Part shown: positions 8,965 through 19,423 of the stretch, in pieces
Layout of the letters: each line of letters begins with the position of its first letter
Position numbering within the stretch: position 1 is the stretch's first letter
Source of the DNA: Alphaproteobacteria bacterium
GTDB lineage: Bacteria; Pseudomonadota; Alphaproteobacteria; JAAXGF01
NCBI GenBank assembly: GCA_963555825.3
Contig: CAUVXB020000002.1
Coordinates: forward strand, 832,001 to 896,000
Length of the DNA stretch: 64,000 nucleotides
Direction: 5' to 3'
Position numbers and translations under genes: made by a program
The notes under the pieces: generated by a model
Databases searched by the model: none
What the model was told of the DNA's origin: nothing
Seen by the model: the letters and a program-made list of their open reading frames with translations, nothing else

Positions 8965-10248
8965 TCAAGCAGCCCGCCTGCGCCGCCGCGCCCGGTGCGG
9001 CGGGTTGTTGGAATTTTCGGCCGTCGCGCGGGGAACGCCGCGCTTGTGCCAGGGCTTGCCGCCGGACTTGCCACCGGGCTTCTTGGATTTGTTGAAGGCG
9101 TCGGGCGCCGCCGCGGCGGGCGCGTCGCCGATCACCGTCAGGCGGCGTCGGATCAGGCGTTCGATGTCGCGCAGGTAACCGCGCTCGGTCGGGTCGCAGA
9201 ACGACAGCGCGATCCCGCCGGCGCCGGCCCGTGCCGTCCGCCCGATGCGGTGGACATAGCTTTCCGGCTCGTTGGGAAGCTCGAAGTTGATGACATGGCT
9301 GACGCTGTCGACATCGATGCCGCGGGCTGCGATATCGGTCGCCACCAGGACCCGCGCGTCACCGGAGCGGAAGCGCTTGAGGGCGCGCTGGCGGGCCGCC
9401 TGGGACTTGTTGCCATGGATCGCCTCGGCGGCGACGCCGCTTTTGCCGAGCTTCTCGGCGACGCGGTTGGCGCGGTGCTTGGTGCGCGCGAACACGAGCA
9501 CCCGTGACATCGCGGGATCGTCAAGGATGCTGGCCAGCAAGGCCACCTTGCCGCCGGCGTCGACGTGGTAGATGCTCTGCTCGAGGCGCTCGATCGGCGT
9601 CGCCTGGGGCGTCACCTCGACGCGCACCGGGTCGGCCAGAATCTCGCCCGAGAGGCGCGCGATTTCGGCCGGCATGGTGGCCGAAAACAGCAGCGTTTGG
9701 CGCTTCGCCGGCAAGGCCGCGGCGATCCTGCGGACGTCGCGCACGAAGCCCATGTCGAGCATCCGGTCGGCCTCGTCGAGGACGAAAAACTCGACCGCAT
9801 CGAGCACCAGCTGCCGCTGGTTCATGAGATCGAGCAGGCGGCCGGGCGTGGCGATCAAGATGTCGACGCCGCGCGACAGGGAATTGACCTGCGGCCTCTG
9901 GCCGACGCCGCCCATGATCACGGTCTGGCGCAGATGCAGATCCTTGCCGTAGGCGCGGAACTCGTCGTTGATCTGGATCGCGAGTTCGCGGGTCGGCGCA
10001 AGCACAAGGGCGCGCGGACTGCGCCGCCCGCCTGCGCCGCGCTTTTGGGAAAGCTGGTGGAGGATGGGCAGCGCGAAGGCCGCCGTCTTGCCGGTGCCGG
10101 TCTGGGCGATGCCCAGCATGTCGCGGCCGGCGAGAAGTTCGGGGATTGCCCGCGCCTGGATCGGCGTCGGGGTGACGTGGTTTCTGTTGATCAACGCACG
10201 CTGGATCGGCTCGGCCAAGCCGAGTTCCGAGAATTTACTAATAGTCAC
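8965..10248 (-). CDS. rhlE: DEAD-box RNA helicase
   Basis: Q motif, [21 protein letters not shown] and HRIGRTAR motifs; basic tail. Confidence 0.93.
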   Translation of the reverse strand: MTISKFSELGLAEPIQRALINRNHVTPTPIQARAIPELLAGRDMLGIAQTGTGKTAAFALPILHQLSQKRGAGGRRSPRALVLAPTRELAIQINDEFRAYGKDLHLRQTVIMGGVGQRPQVNSLSRGVDILIATPGRLLDLMNQRQLVLDAVEFFVLDEADRMLDMGFVRDVRRIAAALPAKRQTLLFSATMPAEIARLSGEILADPVRVEVTPQATPIERLEQSIYHVDAGGKVALLASILDDPAMSRVLVFARTKHRANRVAEKLGKSGVAAEAIHGNKSQAARQRALKRFRSGDARVLVATDIAARGIDVDSVSHVINFELPNEPESYVHRIGRTARAGAGGIALSFCDPTERGYLRDIERLIRRRLTVIGDAPAAAAPDAFNKSKKPGGKSGGKPWHKRGVPRATAENSNNPPHRARRRRRAA

Positions 10249-10539
10249 TTAGGTATCCTTATGCGCCGGACAGCGCGGTGGGCGTTCTCGACGCGACCGC
10301 ATCCCGGCGTTTTACCCTGCCCCGAGCGCGGCCGGAGCGGGAAGTTTCTTGGTTATTGTTCCCGGGAAATGGCGCCGCTGGCGGCGCTTCGCGCAATCGC
10401 GAGACAATCTATGCCGGAGAGATGGCCCTCCTCGTCCGAATTGTCAAGCGATTCGGTTTTTCATGCCCGGCGGCGAGGCCGGCCACCTGCCCCGAACCAT
10501 GCTTGCGACGGGCGGATTGGGCGTCGGTCCGGATCGCGT

Positions 10540-12207
10540 TCAATCCGACGCCGGCGGGTCCGGCCGAAAGTCGCCGCTCTCGTTGAGAATGAAGTATGCG
10601 ACGGAAGCCAGCTGCGAGTTGATTTGTCGGAGATCCTTGATCGCGTCGAGATGGATCGAACTCGTGCGGATGCTCGCGACCTGACCGGCCGCCAGACGAG
10701 CGAGGTGACGGTCGGAGCTTTCGCGTTCCAGTTCGCGAATGGCCGATTTTTCCGATAACAGTTCCCGCGCGCTTTCGACGTCGCTCGAAACCAGCACGTT
10801 CAGGGCCAGCTGCATGTTGGCCACGACACGGGCGTGAAGGTCGACGATCTCGCCCCAGCCTTCCTTGGAAAACTCCAGATCGCCTTCGGCCCGTTTGGTG
10901 GCGAGCCGCGTCAGGTTGCGCTCGATGATGTCGCCGATGTGCTCGAGCTTGATGTTGAAGTCGGACAACCGCATGCTCAGCGACGCCTCGTCCGAGGTAA
11001 GTTCCTTGCGACTGATTTTGGCGATATAGAGCTTGATCTCGTCGTACATTTTATCGACTTCGTCATCCATCTTGACGAGCCGGCCGATAGCCTCCCGGTC
11101 GGTCGTCTGAAACATGTCGATCGTGCGGCGCAGCATGGCCTCAACCTTGTCGGCCATGCGCAGCACTTCGCGGCTTGCACAGGCCAGCGCCAGTCGCGGT
11201 GTATCGATAACCGTGACGTCGAGATAACTCGGATTTTCCCATTCCTTGCCGTCGGCGGTCTCGTCGGCGGTGCTGGGTTTCAGAAGGCGGCCCGTCACGG
11301 CCGAAACGACATCCGTCAGCGGTAGGAAAAAGAGCGCAAGGACCAGGTTGAACGCGCTGTGGAAATTGGCCACCTGTCGTGACGGCTCGCTGCCAAGATA
11401 GGCCGCGAGGTGCGGGGTAATCGTCGGCAACAGCCACAGCAACGCCAACGCCCCGACGACACGCATCAGCAAATTGCCCAAGGGTATTCGCCGAACTTCG
11501 GGCTCGTTTTTCAGCGTCATGAAAAACGGGATCAGGCCAGAGCCCACGTTGGCGCCCAACACCAGGACGAAGGCGAGGCCGACTGGAACGACCGCGCTCG
11601 CCGCCAGGGACATGATCAACAGGACCATGGCGACACTGGAGTGCGCCAACCAGGTCACCACGGCCGCAAGCACGAAAGCCGTCACCGGATCGTCAGCAAA
11701 AAAGCCGATGACCGCGGGCAGCGCTTCGCTTTCGCGCAGCGGTCCCGATGCACCGACGATCATCTTCAGCGACACCAGCATCAGGCCGATGCCGATCAGG
11801 ATCCGGCCCATATGCCGCAGCTTGCGCTGCTTGGCGATCTGAAACAGCATGACGCCGACGACCAGCAACACCGGCGCCAGCCATGAGAGGTCGAAGGACA
11901 GAACCTGGACGACGGCGGTCGAGCCGAGATCGGCGCCCAACATGATGGCCAGCGCCGGGGTCGTCGCCAACATGCCGCTCTGCGCGAAGGAGACCGTGAG
12001 CAGCGCCGTCGCCGTCGAGCTCTGCAGCACGGTCGTGACACCGAGCCCGGCCAGCAACGCGGAAACCCGGTTGCGGACCGAAATGGTCAGCGCCTGCTGC
12101 AGGCGTTGACCGTAAGCGCGTTCGATGCCCGTGCGCACCAAGCGGGTCGCCCATAACAGGAGCGCGACGCCACCGCCTATTTGAATGAACAGATCAAAAC
12201 CCGTCAC
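10540..12207 (-). CDS. Na+/Pi cotransporter family protein with C-terminal PhoU domains
   Basis: LQSSTAT, GADLGS, HSSVA and GANVGS repeats; helical LEHIGD C-terminus. Confidence 0.9.
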   Translation of the reverse strand: MTGFDLFIQIGGGVALLLWATRLVRTGIERAYGQRLQQALTISVRNRVSALLAGLGVTTVLQSSTATALLTVSFAQSGMLATTPALAIMLGADLGSTAVVQVLSFDLSWLAPVLLVVGVMLFQIAKQRKLRHMGRILIGIGLMLVSLKMIVGASGPLRESEALPAVIGFFADDPVTAFVLAAVVTWLAHSSVAMVLLIMSLAASAVVPVGLAFVLVLGANVGSGLIPFFMTLKNEPEVRRIPLGNLLMRVVGALALLWLLPTITPHLAAYLGSEPSRQVANFHSAFNLVLALFFLPLTDVVSAVTGRLLKPSTADETADGKEWENPSYLDVTVIDTPRLALACASREVLRMADKVEAMLRRTIDMFQTTDREAIGRLVKMDDEVDKMYDEIKLYIAKISRKELTSDEASLSMRLSDFNIKLEHIGDIIERNLTRLATKRAEGDLEFSKEGWGEIVDLHARVVANMQLALNVLVSSDVESARELLSEKSAIRELERESSDRHLARLAAGQVASIRTSSIHLDAIKDLRQINSQLASVAYFILNESGDFRPDPPASD

Positions 12208-12303
12208 GGCCGAATTCTAGTCTTTGCCAAGGATTGGCCTGTCAGTAGACAATTCAACCGTCATTGTCACTGATCCTCGGTATAAATCGGCGACGCTGCG
12301 GCG

Positions 12304-13089
12304 TCAGGCCGGGTTGCGGCCCAGGAACTCGCTCAGCAGATCGCTCACCGTCTGGGGCGCTTCGGTCAGGATCGAGTGGCGCAGGCCGTCGAGGATGTGC
12401 AGCTCGGAGCCGGCGATGCATTCGTGCATGAGGCGCGACATGCGCGGCGTCGAGCCGAGGCCGGTGGCGACCAGCGTCGGCGCCTGGATGTTCGCCAGTT
12501 CGTCGATCATCTCGGCGGTCGCCAGGACGCGATAGGCCGCGGCGTAGGCTTGCGGGTCGTTGCGCTGGTTCTGCGCCTTGGCCTCGGCGATGACGTCGGG
12601 GTTGTCGCGCAGATAATCATCGGTGAACCAGCGCGTCAGCGACTTCTCGAAGTGATCACCCGGCGCGCCAGATTCGACGACCTCGAGCCGGGTGGCGACG
12701 CGGGCGCGCTCCTCCTCGGTGCGTCCGGCGATCGCGCTGAGCAGCACCAGCCGGTCGAGGCATTCCGGAAAGTCGAGCGCGAAGCGCTGGCCGATCAGGC
12801 CGCCGAGCGAGAAGCCGGCCAGGTGGCAGCGCGCGACGCCCAGCGTATCCATGAGGCCGGCGAGGTCAGCGGCGAAGTCCTCGACGCTGTAGGGGCCGGG
12901 CGGCTTGTCGGTCGCGCCGTGGCCGCGCAGGTCGTAGGCGATACAGCGGAACCGCCCGCGCAGCCGCGCGACGACGCCGTCCCAGGAGTCGAGCTGCGCC
13001 CCGACGCCGTGCACCAGCACGAGATCGGGCCCGGCGCCGTCGATCCGATAACGCATGCGAATGCCGTTGGCTTCGATGAACGGGTCCAT
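12304..13089 (-). CDS. Alpha/beta hydrolase (enol-lactonase/TgnD-like), possibly lacking the catalytic Asp
   Basis: HGVG, DLRGHG, GFSLGG and LRHS motifs. Confidence 0.85.
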   Translation of the reverse strand: MDPFIEANGIRMRYRIDGAGPDLVLVHGVGAQLDSWDGVVARLRGRFRCIAYDLRGHGATDKPPGPYSVEDFAADLAGLMDTLGVARCHLAGFSLGGLIGQRFALDFPECLDRLVLLSAIAGRTEEERARVATRLEVVESGAPGDHFEKSLTRWFTDDYLRDNPDVIAEAKAQNQRNDPQAYAAAYRVLATAEMIDELANIQAPTLVATGLGSTPRMSRLMHECIAGSELHILDGLRHSILTEAPQTVSDLLSEFLGRNPA

Positions 13090-13105
13090 GGCGAGAAGTC
13101 CGGTC

Positions 13106-14110
13106 CTATTTTTCGAGGTCGGAGACGTAGCTGGACCACGCCTGGGGCTGCTGCGCGACGGGTGCTACATGGCCGCCCTCCTCCATATCGACATAGACCC
13201 CGAACTGGTCGAACGCACGCTCCTTGAAGTAGCGCTCGAGAGCGTCACGGATCTGCCGATGGACGAGGCGGTCCCACGGCATTTCGTTCTCGGCGAACAA
13301 CCGAGCCTCGTCCGAGGCGGGCGGACCCGAGAGCGTGCCCCGGTAGACGATGTGGACCGCGTCATCGTGCGGCGTCTCGTAGACCGAATAGATGAAGTTG
13401 ACGTCGATGGCGGTCCCCAAGCCCTTGACAAAGCGGGCCAGCGCGGCAAGGCCGCCGCGCTCGCCGCGCGCCAATGCGACGCCCGGAAGCGTCCAGCGGC
13501 GCTCGCCGTCGACGTCGACCGCACGCAGCAGAATCGCGTCCCCGAAGTCGGCGATGCAATCGACGGTGACACTCTTGCCTTGGGGCCTGAAGACGGCGTC
13601 GTGCTGCGCGCCGAACGACACGTAGGTGCCCTGGCAGAAGGCGAGCGGGCGGCCGGCGCCGGTGCCGAAATCGGCGACCCGGCCGATCAGGATGATGTGG
13701 TCGCCGGCCTCGACGATGCGCTCGGTCGCGCAATCGAGCCAGGCGAGGCTCGCGTCGATGACCGGCGCGCCGCCGATGCCGAGGCGGTAGTCGACGCCGG
13801 CGAACTTGTCGGGTGATTTTGACGCGAAGCGATCCGAAAGGTCACGCTGGGCGTCGCTCAGCACGTTGATCGCGAATCCACCGGGCCCCTGGAAGGTGTC
13901 GTAGCTCGCCGAGCCGCGCGCGATGCAGGCCAGCACCAGCGGCGGGTCGAGCGAAACCGAAGTGAACGAGTTCGCCGTCAGGCCGCGCGGCTGACCGTGG
14001 GTGTCGATCTTGGTGATGATCGTGACGCCGGTGACGAACATGCCGAGCGCGCCGCGCAACGCGCGGGTCCGCGCCGCGTCCCAAGGCGCCGACGCCTCGC
14101 TATTCCCCAT
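13106..14110 (-). CDS. Flavin reductase with a C-terminal NUDIX-like extension
   Basis: TGVT, GLTANSFTSVSLDPPL and GDH motifs; about 170 extra C-terminal residues. Confidence 0.88.
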   Translation of the reverse strand: MGNSEASAPWDAARTRALRGALGMFVTGVTIITKIDTHGQPRGLTANSFTSVSLDPPLVLACIARGSASYDTFQGPGGFAINVLSDAQRDLSDRFASKSPDKFAGVDYRLGIGGAPVIDASLAWLDCATERIVEAGDHIILIGRVADFGTGAGRPLAFCQGTYVSFGAQHDAVFRPQGKSVTVDCIADFGDAILLRAVDVDGERRWTLPGVALARGERGGLAALARFVKGLGTAIDVNFIYSVYETPHDDAVHIVYRGTLSGPPASDEARLFAENEMPWDRLVHRQIRDALERYFKERAFDQFGVYVDMEEGGHVAPVAQQPQAWSSYVSDLEK

Positions 14111-14216
14111 GATGTACCTCTGCGGGCTCGCTCCCTGACTCGTGGTTTATGCGGCATCGTAATATCAAGGATCAGTCTCGGTGTATCGCACCCGGTTCCT
14201 TGGACACAAGTTTGTC

Positions 14217-15128
14217 TCATGCGGCGGGCCTGAGTGACATCGCGGTGTGCCACGCCTGACGAGCTTGAGCGGGGCTCAGGTAGCCGTTCTTCTCCACGAT
14301 CCACTGGGCATTGTACTGTTCGACGAACCCGCGGACGGCGTTCCGCAGCTCCGCGATGTTGCGGTAGATGCGGCCATGGATGATCTGTTCCTTGAGCGTG
14401 CGATTGAACCTCTCGGCGACGCCGTTGGTCTGGGGCTGTTCGACGAAGGCGTAGGACGGCTGGATGCCCCAGAACTTGATCTGGTTGGTGAAGTGGTCCG
14501 ACAGATACTGGGAGCCGTGATCCATCCGCAAGGCCAGCCCCCGCGCCGCACCGGCGGAGGTCGAGGCATACAGCCTCGCAAGCCCCATGGAGATCGGCTG
14601 AAGGGCGGCGAAGCGGTCGCCTCGCTTGCACACATGCCAGCCGACGCACTCGGCGTTCCAATGCTCGATGGCGGTGAATATCCAGCCCCAGCCGTCGTCC
14701 ACCGTGAACACCCGAACGCCGTCCGTGCCCCACATGAGGTTGGGGGCATGGGTGATGATCTCACCGACATGGGGATTTCCGCCACGGCGGCGGCAGCGAT
14801 GGGGCGAGAGCAGGTTGTTCTCGCGCATCACCCGGAGCCCCCGCTTGCGGGAAACACGGATGCCACGACAGACCCGAAGCCGAGCCCAGACCTTGCGGTG
14901 TCCCTCGCCCTCCCAGGGGGATGCCTCCAGGTCGGCCTCGATGGCCACCAGCAGAGCCTCGTCCGAGATCGAGGGCTTCGGTCCCCGGCGCTTTGCTGGT
15001 GGGCGCTCAGCGGTGGCCTGCTGCCGGGATTTCATGGCGTAGAACGAGGAACGGGCAAAACCCCAGGCCGCACAGACCCGCTGGAGGCCGTAGGCCAAAC
15101 CCGTGCCGGGAGAGGTGGCGGCACTCAT
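14217..15128 (-). CDS. Transposase OrfB (rve/DDE)
   Basis: Protein identical to 7033-7944. Confidence 0.93.
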   Translation of the reverse strand: MSAATSPGTGLAYGLQRVCAAWGFARSSFYAMKSRQQATAERPPAKRRGPKPSISDEALLVAIEADLEASPWEGEGHRKVWARLRVCRGIRVSRKRGLRVMRENNLLSPHRCRRRGGNPHVGEIITHAPNLMWGTDGVRVFTVDDGWGWIFTAIEHWNAECVGWHVCKRGDRFAALQPISMGLARLYASTSAGAARGLALRMDHGSQYLSDHFTNQIKFWGIQPSYAFVEQPQTNGVAERFNRTLKEQIIHGRIYRNIAELRNAVRGFVEQYNAQWIVEKNGYLSPAQARQAWHTAMSLRPAA

Positions 15129-15556
15129 CGCCGCGACCTCCGCCGCCCCAAAGGGCCGGACGTCTCCGTCTTGGCCTCCAGCAGTTCCACCTGCATGATC
15201 AACTCCCCGATCCGCTTCATGGCGATGTCCAGTTCCGCCTTCACCGGATCGCCCTTGCGTTCCTTGAGCGAGGCATCGATCCCGGCGATCGCCTTCTCAC
15301 GCCACTGCTCGAGCCGGAAAATCTCCACGCCCAACTGCCGCGACAAAAGTTCCACCGGCTCGCCACGCAAAAGCCGCAGGGCAACCTCACGCTTGCGCGT
15401 CACCGTCCACCGCTGGCCAAGTCCCAGCGGGCCTGCCGGCGAAACCTGGCCCGGGGAAAACGTGGACGAGCCAAGCTCGCCCTCGTTTACCACAGGCCCA
15501 TCAACAGCAACTTTGTTCTCAAAATTGTCGGTCATGTTCCGGTCCTCCTTGGACAC
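15125..15556 (-). CDS. Transposase OrfA (HTH)
   Basis: Protein identical to 7941-8372. Confidence 0.85.
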   Translation of the reverse strand: MSKEDRNMTDNFENKVAVDGPVVNEGELGSSTFSPGQVSPAGPLGLGQRWTVTRKREVALRLLRGEPVELLSRQLGVEIFRLEQWREKAIAGIDASLKERKGDPVKAELDIAMKRIGELIMQVELLEAKTETSGPLGRRRSRR

Positions 15557-15605
15557 TTCGATTAAGCCAATTCTGTGTCCAAGGAAATCGGGTCCGACTC
15601 AAGGA

Positions 15606-16370
15606 TCAGTCTCGGTAGTCCGGCGTCTCGCGGTCCAGTTGGCGCTTGAGCGCGTCGAACAGGAGCTTCGCGGCCTCGGCCCGGTAGCCGCCGACATCGC
15701 GGTTGTGCGTCCGGTCGAGCACCGCCTGGGGGATCATCGCCGGTGTCTTGCCCGAGACCGCGACGCGGTACTGCTTGGCGCAGATGCGCTCCATGTAGTG
15801 CATGTCGTTGAAGGCGTCGGCGACGGTCTCGCCGACCGTCGTGAGGCCGTGGTTGCGGCTCAGCAGGATCGGCTTGCCGTCGAACGCCCGCGCCATGCGC
15901 TCGCCCTCGTCGGTGTCAAGCGCGATGCCCTGGTAATCGTCGTCATACGCGACGCGGTCGAGAAAGCCCATGCTGTCCTGGTCGATCATCTCGACCCGGC
16001 CGTCCTCGATGTCGGCGAGCCAATTGCAGTGCGGCGGGTGCGCGTGGATCACGCAGTTGGCCGCCGGGACCAACTCGTGGATTTTCGAGTGGATGCAAAG
16101 CGCGGTGCGCTCGACGTAACCCTCGCCCTCGATCAGCGTGCCCTCGGCGTCGACGACGATCAGATTGCTCGCGGTCACCTCGGACATCAACAGGCCGTGC
16201 GTCTTGACCAGGAAGCGGCCGGGCGCGCCCGGCACGGTCAGCGTGAAATGGTTCCAGATGCCGTCGTCGTAGCCGTAGCGGGCCGCCAGGCGGTAGGCGG
16301 CGGCCAGGTCGACGCGGGCCTCGCGCACCGGGTCGGGGCCGGTCTCGAGCTTGATGGGCGTGGCGGTCAT
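15606..16370 (-). CDS. Class II aldolase/adducin family protein
   Basis: IWNHFT, IHSKIH, HAH and NHG metal ligands. Confidence 0.92.
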   Translation of the reverse strand: MTATPIKLETGPDPVREARVDLAAAYRLAARYGYDDGIWNHFTLTVPGAPGRFLVKTHGLLMSEVTASNLIVVDAEGTLIEGEGYVERTALCIHSKIHELVPAANCVIHAHPPHCNWLADIEDGRVEMIDQDSMGFLDRVAYDDDYQGIALDTDEGERMARAFDGKPILLSRNHGLTTVGETVADAFNDMHYMERICAKQYRVAVSGKTPAMIPQAVLDRTHNRDVGGYRAEAAKLLFDALKRQLDRETPDYRD

Positions 16371-16392
16371 CGCGGTCTCCTGTCGATTGGTA

Positions 16393-17238
16393 TTAGCATC
16401 GAATCGTCGCGCGGCGCATCACGCGCCTGAAGCCGTGGCCGTCGCGCGCCGCGCCGAGATCGTCGCTGAGCACCCTGTGCACGATGCAGCGGTTGTCCCA
16501 GATGGCGATCGAATTCGGCTGCCATTGAAAGCGGCAAGTGAATTCTTCGCGCGTCGCATGGTGCTCGAGGTGGTCGAGGATCATGCGGCTCTCCTCGGCT
16601 GTCATACCCTCGATCTGCCAGCAATATGAGGGGCTGATGAACAGCGAGGTGCGGCCGGTCACCGGATGGACACGGATCAGCGGGTGGGGACGAATTTCGC
16701 GCTTCGCACCTTTGCGCTCGGCAAGGCTCATGCCCTTGTAGTTCTGCGAATGGTCGCTGGGTTCGTGCGAATCGTGAATGCCGCGCGCGCGCTCGACGAT
16801 CGCCTTCATACCGTCCGAGAGTGTCTCGTAGGCGAGGTACATGTTGGCGAACACGGTGTCGCCGCCGACCGGCGGCACCTCGAGACCGTGCAGCACGGCG
16901 CCGAGCGGCGGCTCCTCGCGGAACGACATGTCGGCATGCCATCCATGGCCGAAGTTGCGAACTTCGTCGGGCATCTTGACGATCTCGATCAACTCGGGGA
17001 AACCGTCGATGCCGTTGACGAAGGGATAGGGCTCGAGTTCGCCGAAATGGCGCGAGAAGGCGACATGTTGCTCGGGCGTAATGTTTTGGTCGCGGAAGAA
17101 GATCACCAGGTGTTCGTGGAAGGCGTCGTGGATCGCTGCCCAGGTCCGGTTGTCGAGCGGTCGCGCGAGATCGACGCCGTGGATCTCGGCGCCGATCGCC
17201 GAGGCGCTGGGACGAACCTCGATAAGGCCATCGGTCAT
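16393..17238 (-). CDS. TauD/TfdA family 2-oxoglutarate dioxygenase
   Basis: WHAD, GGDTVFANMY, HPLIRVHP and WDNRCIVH motifs. Confidence 0.93.
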   Translation of the reverse strand: MTDGLIEVRPSASAIGAEIHGVDLARPLDNRTWAAIHDAFHEHLVIFFRDQNITPEQHVAFSRHFGELEPYPFVNGIDGFPELIEIVKMPDEVRNFGHGWHADMSFREEPPLGAVLHGLEVPPVGGDTVFANMYLAYETLSDGMKAIVERARGIHDSHEPSDHSQNYKGMSLAERKGAKREIRPHPLIRVHPVTGRTSLFISPSYCWQIEGMTAEESRMILDHLEHHATREEFTCRFQWQPNSIAIWDNRCIVHRVLSDDLGAARDGHGFRRVMRRATIRC

Positions 17239-17478
17239 ACCACAAGGCTCCCTGAACGCGTCATGGGTTTCACGTCGTTTGTCACGCCTATCTTTTGCCT
17301 CCGGCGAAACCGCGAGTCAACGCACGATACGTAAGAAACTATAGCCCGACGTACGTATCGAACGCAGGAAAATCGGTCGACTGTGCCGGCCGCCGAGCCG
17401 CGCCAAGCGGCCGTCCAAATATCTAACGGTTCACCCTGCCGACCATTCCCTGTAGGAAGAAGGCGGGGAGGAAACGCA

Positions 17479-18435
17479 ATGGCGAGTGATCAGAGATTCC
17501 AGCAGGTCGATGCGGCAGTGGTGCCGCGTTTCGCCGATGTCGCGACATTCATGCGCACCCGGCGCCACGAGATCTCGGCCGATGTCGACATCGGCCTGAT
17601 CGGCGTGCCGTTCGACATCGGCGTCAACTTCCGCGCCGGCGCGCGCCAGGGGCCGGCCGGCGTGCGCGAGGCCTCGCGCCTGATCCGAAAATCGCACCCG
17701 ACCAGCGGCATCGCGCCGTTCGAGCTGTGCAACGTCGCCGATCTGGGCGACGCGCCGGTCAACCCGCTCAGCCTCGACCGCTCGATCGAGATGATCGAGG
17801 CGTTCTTCGCCGAGGTGCACGCCGCCGACATCGCGCCCATCGCGATCGGCGGCGACCACACCATCCCGGTGCCGATCCTGCGCGCGATCGCCAAGCAGGC
17901 GCCGGTCGGCATGGTGCATTTCGACGCCCATCCCGACACGCTCGACGAGCTGTGCGGCACCAAGATCAACCACGCGACCTTCCTCAGGCGGGTCCACGAG
18001 GAAGGCCTGGTCGATGCGAAACGGGTCATCCAGATCGGCCTGCGCGGCAGCCGCTTCGGCGCCGACGACCTCCAGTTCGGCTACGACGTCGGCTATACCA
18101 TCGTCACCATGGACGAATACGAGGAGATGGGCCGCGCCGCGGTGATCGAGATGATCCACGAGACGCTCGGCGAGGGTCCGGTCTACATCTCGCTCGATAT
18201 CGACGGCCTCGACCCGACCTTCGCGCCGGGCACCGGGGTGCCCGAGATCGGCGGGCTGATCCCGCGCGACGTCCAGGTCATCCTGCGCTCGCTGTCGGGC
18301 AAGGACGTCGTCGGCGCCGATATCAGCGAGGTCGCGCCGTGCTACGACCCGACTGGCATCACTTGCGTCACCGCGGCCAACCTGATGTTCGAGATCCTCT
18401 GCGTCATGGTGGCGGGCCGCCTGCGCACGAGCTGA
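17479..18435 (+). CDS. speB: Agmatinase/ureohydrolase family protein
   Basis: GGDH, DAHPD, SLDIDGLDP and APGTG motifs; substrate could be another guanidino compound. Confidence 0.85.
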   Translation: MASDQRFQQVDAAVVPRFADVATFMRTRRHEISADVDIGLIGVPFDIGVNFRAGARQGPAGVREASRLIRKSHPTSGIAPFELCNVADLGDAPVNPLSLDRSIEMIEAFFAEVHAADIAPIAIGGDHTIPVPILRAIAKQAPVGMVHFDAHPDTLDELCGTKINHATFLRRVHEEGLVDAKRVIQIGLRGSRFGADDLQFGYDVGYTIVTMDEYEEMGRAAVIEMIHETLGEGPVYISLDIDGLDPTFAPGTGVPEIGGLIPRDVQVILRSLSGKDVVGADISEVAPCYDPTGITCVTAANLMFEILCVMVAGRLRTS

Positions 18436-18442
18436 CCACCAG

Positions 18443-19333
18443 ATGCGCGACCATGTCGGCTACGGGCCGAACCCGCCGGATCCCCAGTGGCCGGGTGGCG
18501 CGCGGCTCGCCCTCAACCTGGTGGTCAACTACGAGGAGGGCGCCGAGTACGGCCCGCTCGAGGGCGACGGCTTCGCCGAGTCGATCCTTTCTGACATCGC
18601 GCCATCGCCGCCGCTGCCTGGCTTACGCAACCGCAACATCGAATCGCTTTATGAATACGGCAGCCGGGTCGGCATTTGGCGGGTGTTGCGGCTGTTCAAG
18701 CAGCGCGGCATCGCGCCGACCATGTATCTGGTCGGCCGCGCGCTCGAGCTCAACCCGGCGGTCGGCGAGGCGGTCGCCGAGGCCGGCTGCGACACGGTCT
18801 GCCACGGCTGGCGCTGGGTCGATTACCTCGAGATGGACGAAGCCCAAGAGCGCGAGCACATCGCGCGCACCGTCGAGACGATCGAGCGGCTGACCGGCAC
18901 CCGCCCGCTCGGCTGGTACACCGGCCGGCCGAGCCCGAACACCCGGCGCCTGGTCGTCGAGCACGGCGGCTTCCTGTTCGACAGCGACGACTACAACGAC
19001 GACCTGCCTTATTGGGTCGACGTCGGCGGCCGGGATCATCTGGTCATCCCGCACAGCTTCGACAACAACGACAGCCGCTTCGCGCGCGGCTCGGGGCTGG
19101 AGACCGCCGACCAGCTGTTCGCCTATCTGCGCGACGGCTTCGACTGGCTCTACGCCGAGGGCGCCGAGCGGCCGGCGATGATGACCGTGTCGATGCACTG
19201 CCGGCTGATCGGCCGCGCCGGCCGCATCGCCGGCCTGGCGCGCTTTCTCGATCACGTGCTGGCGCATGACCGCGTCTGGATCTGCCAGCGCACAGAGATC
19301 GCCCAGCACTGGCACGCGACCCACGGTCGCTAG
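18443..19333 (+). CDS. puuE: PuuE-like allantoinase (polysaccharide deacetylase fold)
   Basis: WPGGARLA, NYEEG, ESLYEYGSRVG, HGWRW and GWYTGR motifs. Confidence 0.85.
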   Translation: MRDHVGYGPNPPDPQWPGGARLALNLVVNYEEGAEYGPLEGDGFAESILSDIAPSPPLPGLRNRNIESLYEYGSRVGIWRVLRLFKQRGIAPTMYLVGRALELNPAVGEAVAEAGCDTVCHGWRWVDYLEMDEAQEREHIARTVETIERLTGTRPLGWYTGRPSPNTRRLVVEHGGFLFDSDDYNDDLPYWVDVGGRDHLVIPHSFDNNDSRFARGSGLETADQLFAYLRDGFDWLYAEGAERPAMMTVSMHCRLIGRAGRIAGLARFLDHVLAHDRVWICQRTEIAQHWHATHGR

Positions 19334-19423
19334 CCCCGATTGGGGCTTTGTCTTCTGTCCGGATATCGGGTTAGAGTTGTCGCTGCGGCGGGCATCGCCG
19401 CCTTTGTGTGGGGGGAGGCAACG

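Larger units (their letters stand above)
14182..15601 (-). mobile_element. IS3-like element, copy 2, 14-bp target duplication
   Basis: Same ORFs and ends as copy 1; DR AGGATCAGTCTCGG at 14168-14181 and 15602-15615. Confidence 0.92.

Noticed and set aside
12238-12272. Pho box upstream of the Na/Pi transporter
   Set aside because: The TGTCA units have the wrong spacing and orientation and overlap a MITE-end scar.
14247-16430. Long plus-strand ORFs over the IS and aldolase, and similar shadow ORFs throughout
   Set aside because: Antisense ORFs typical of high-GC DNA, with no motifs.
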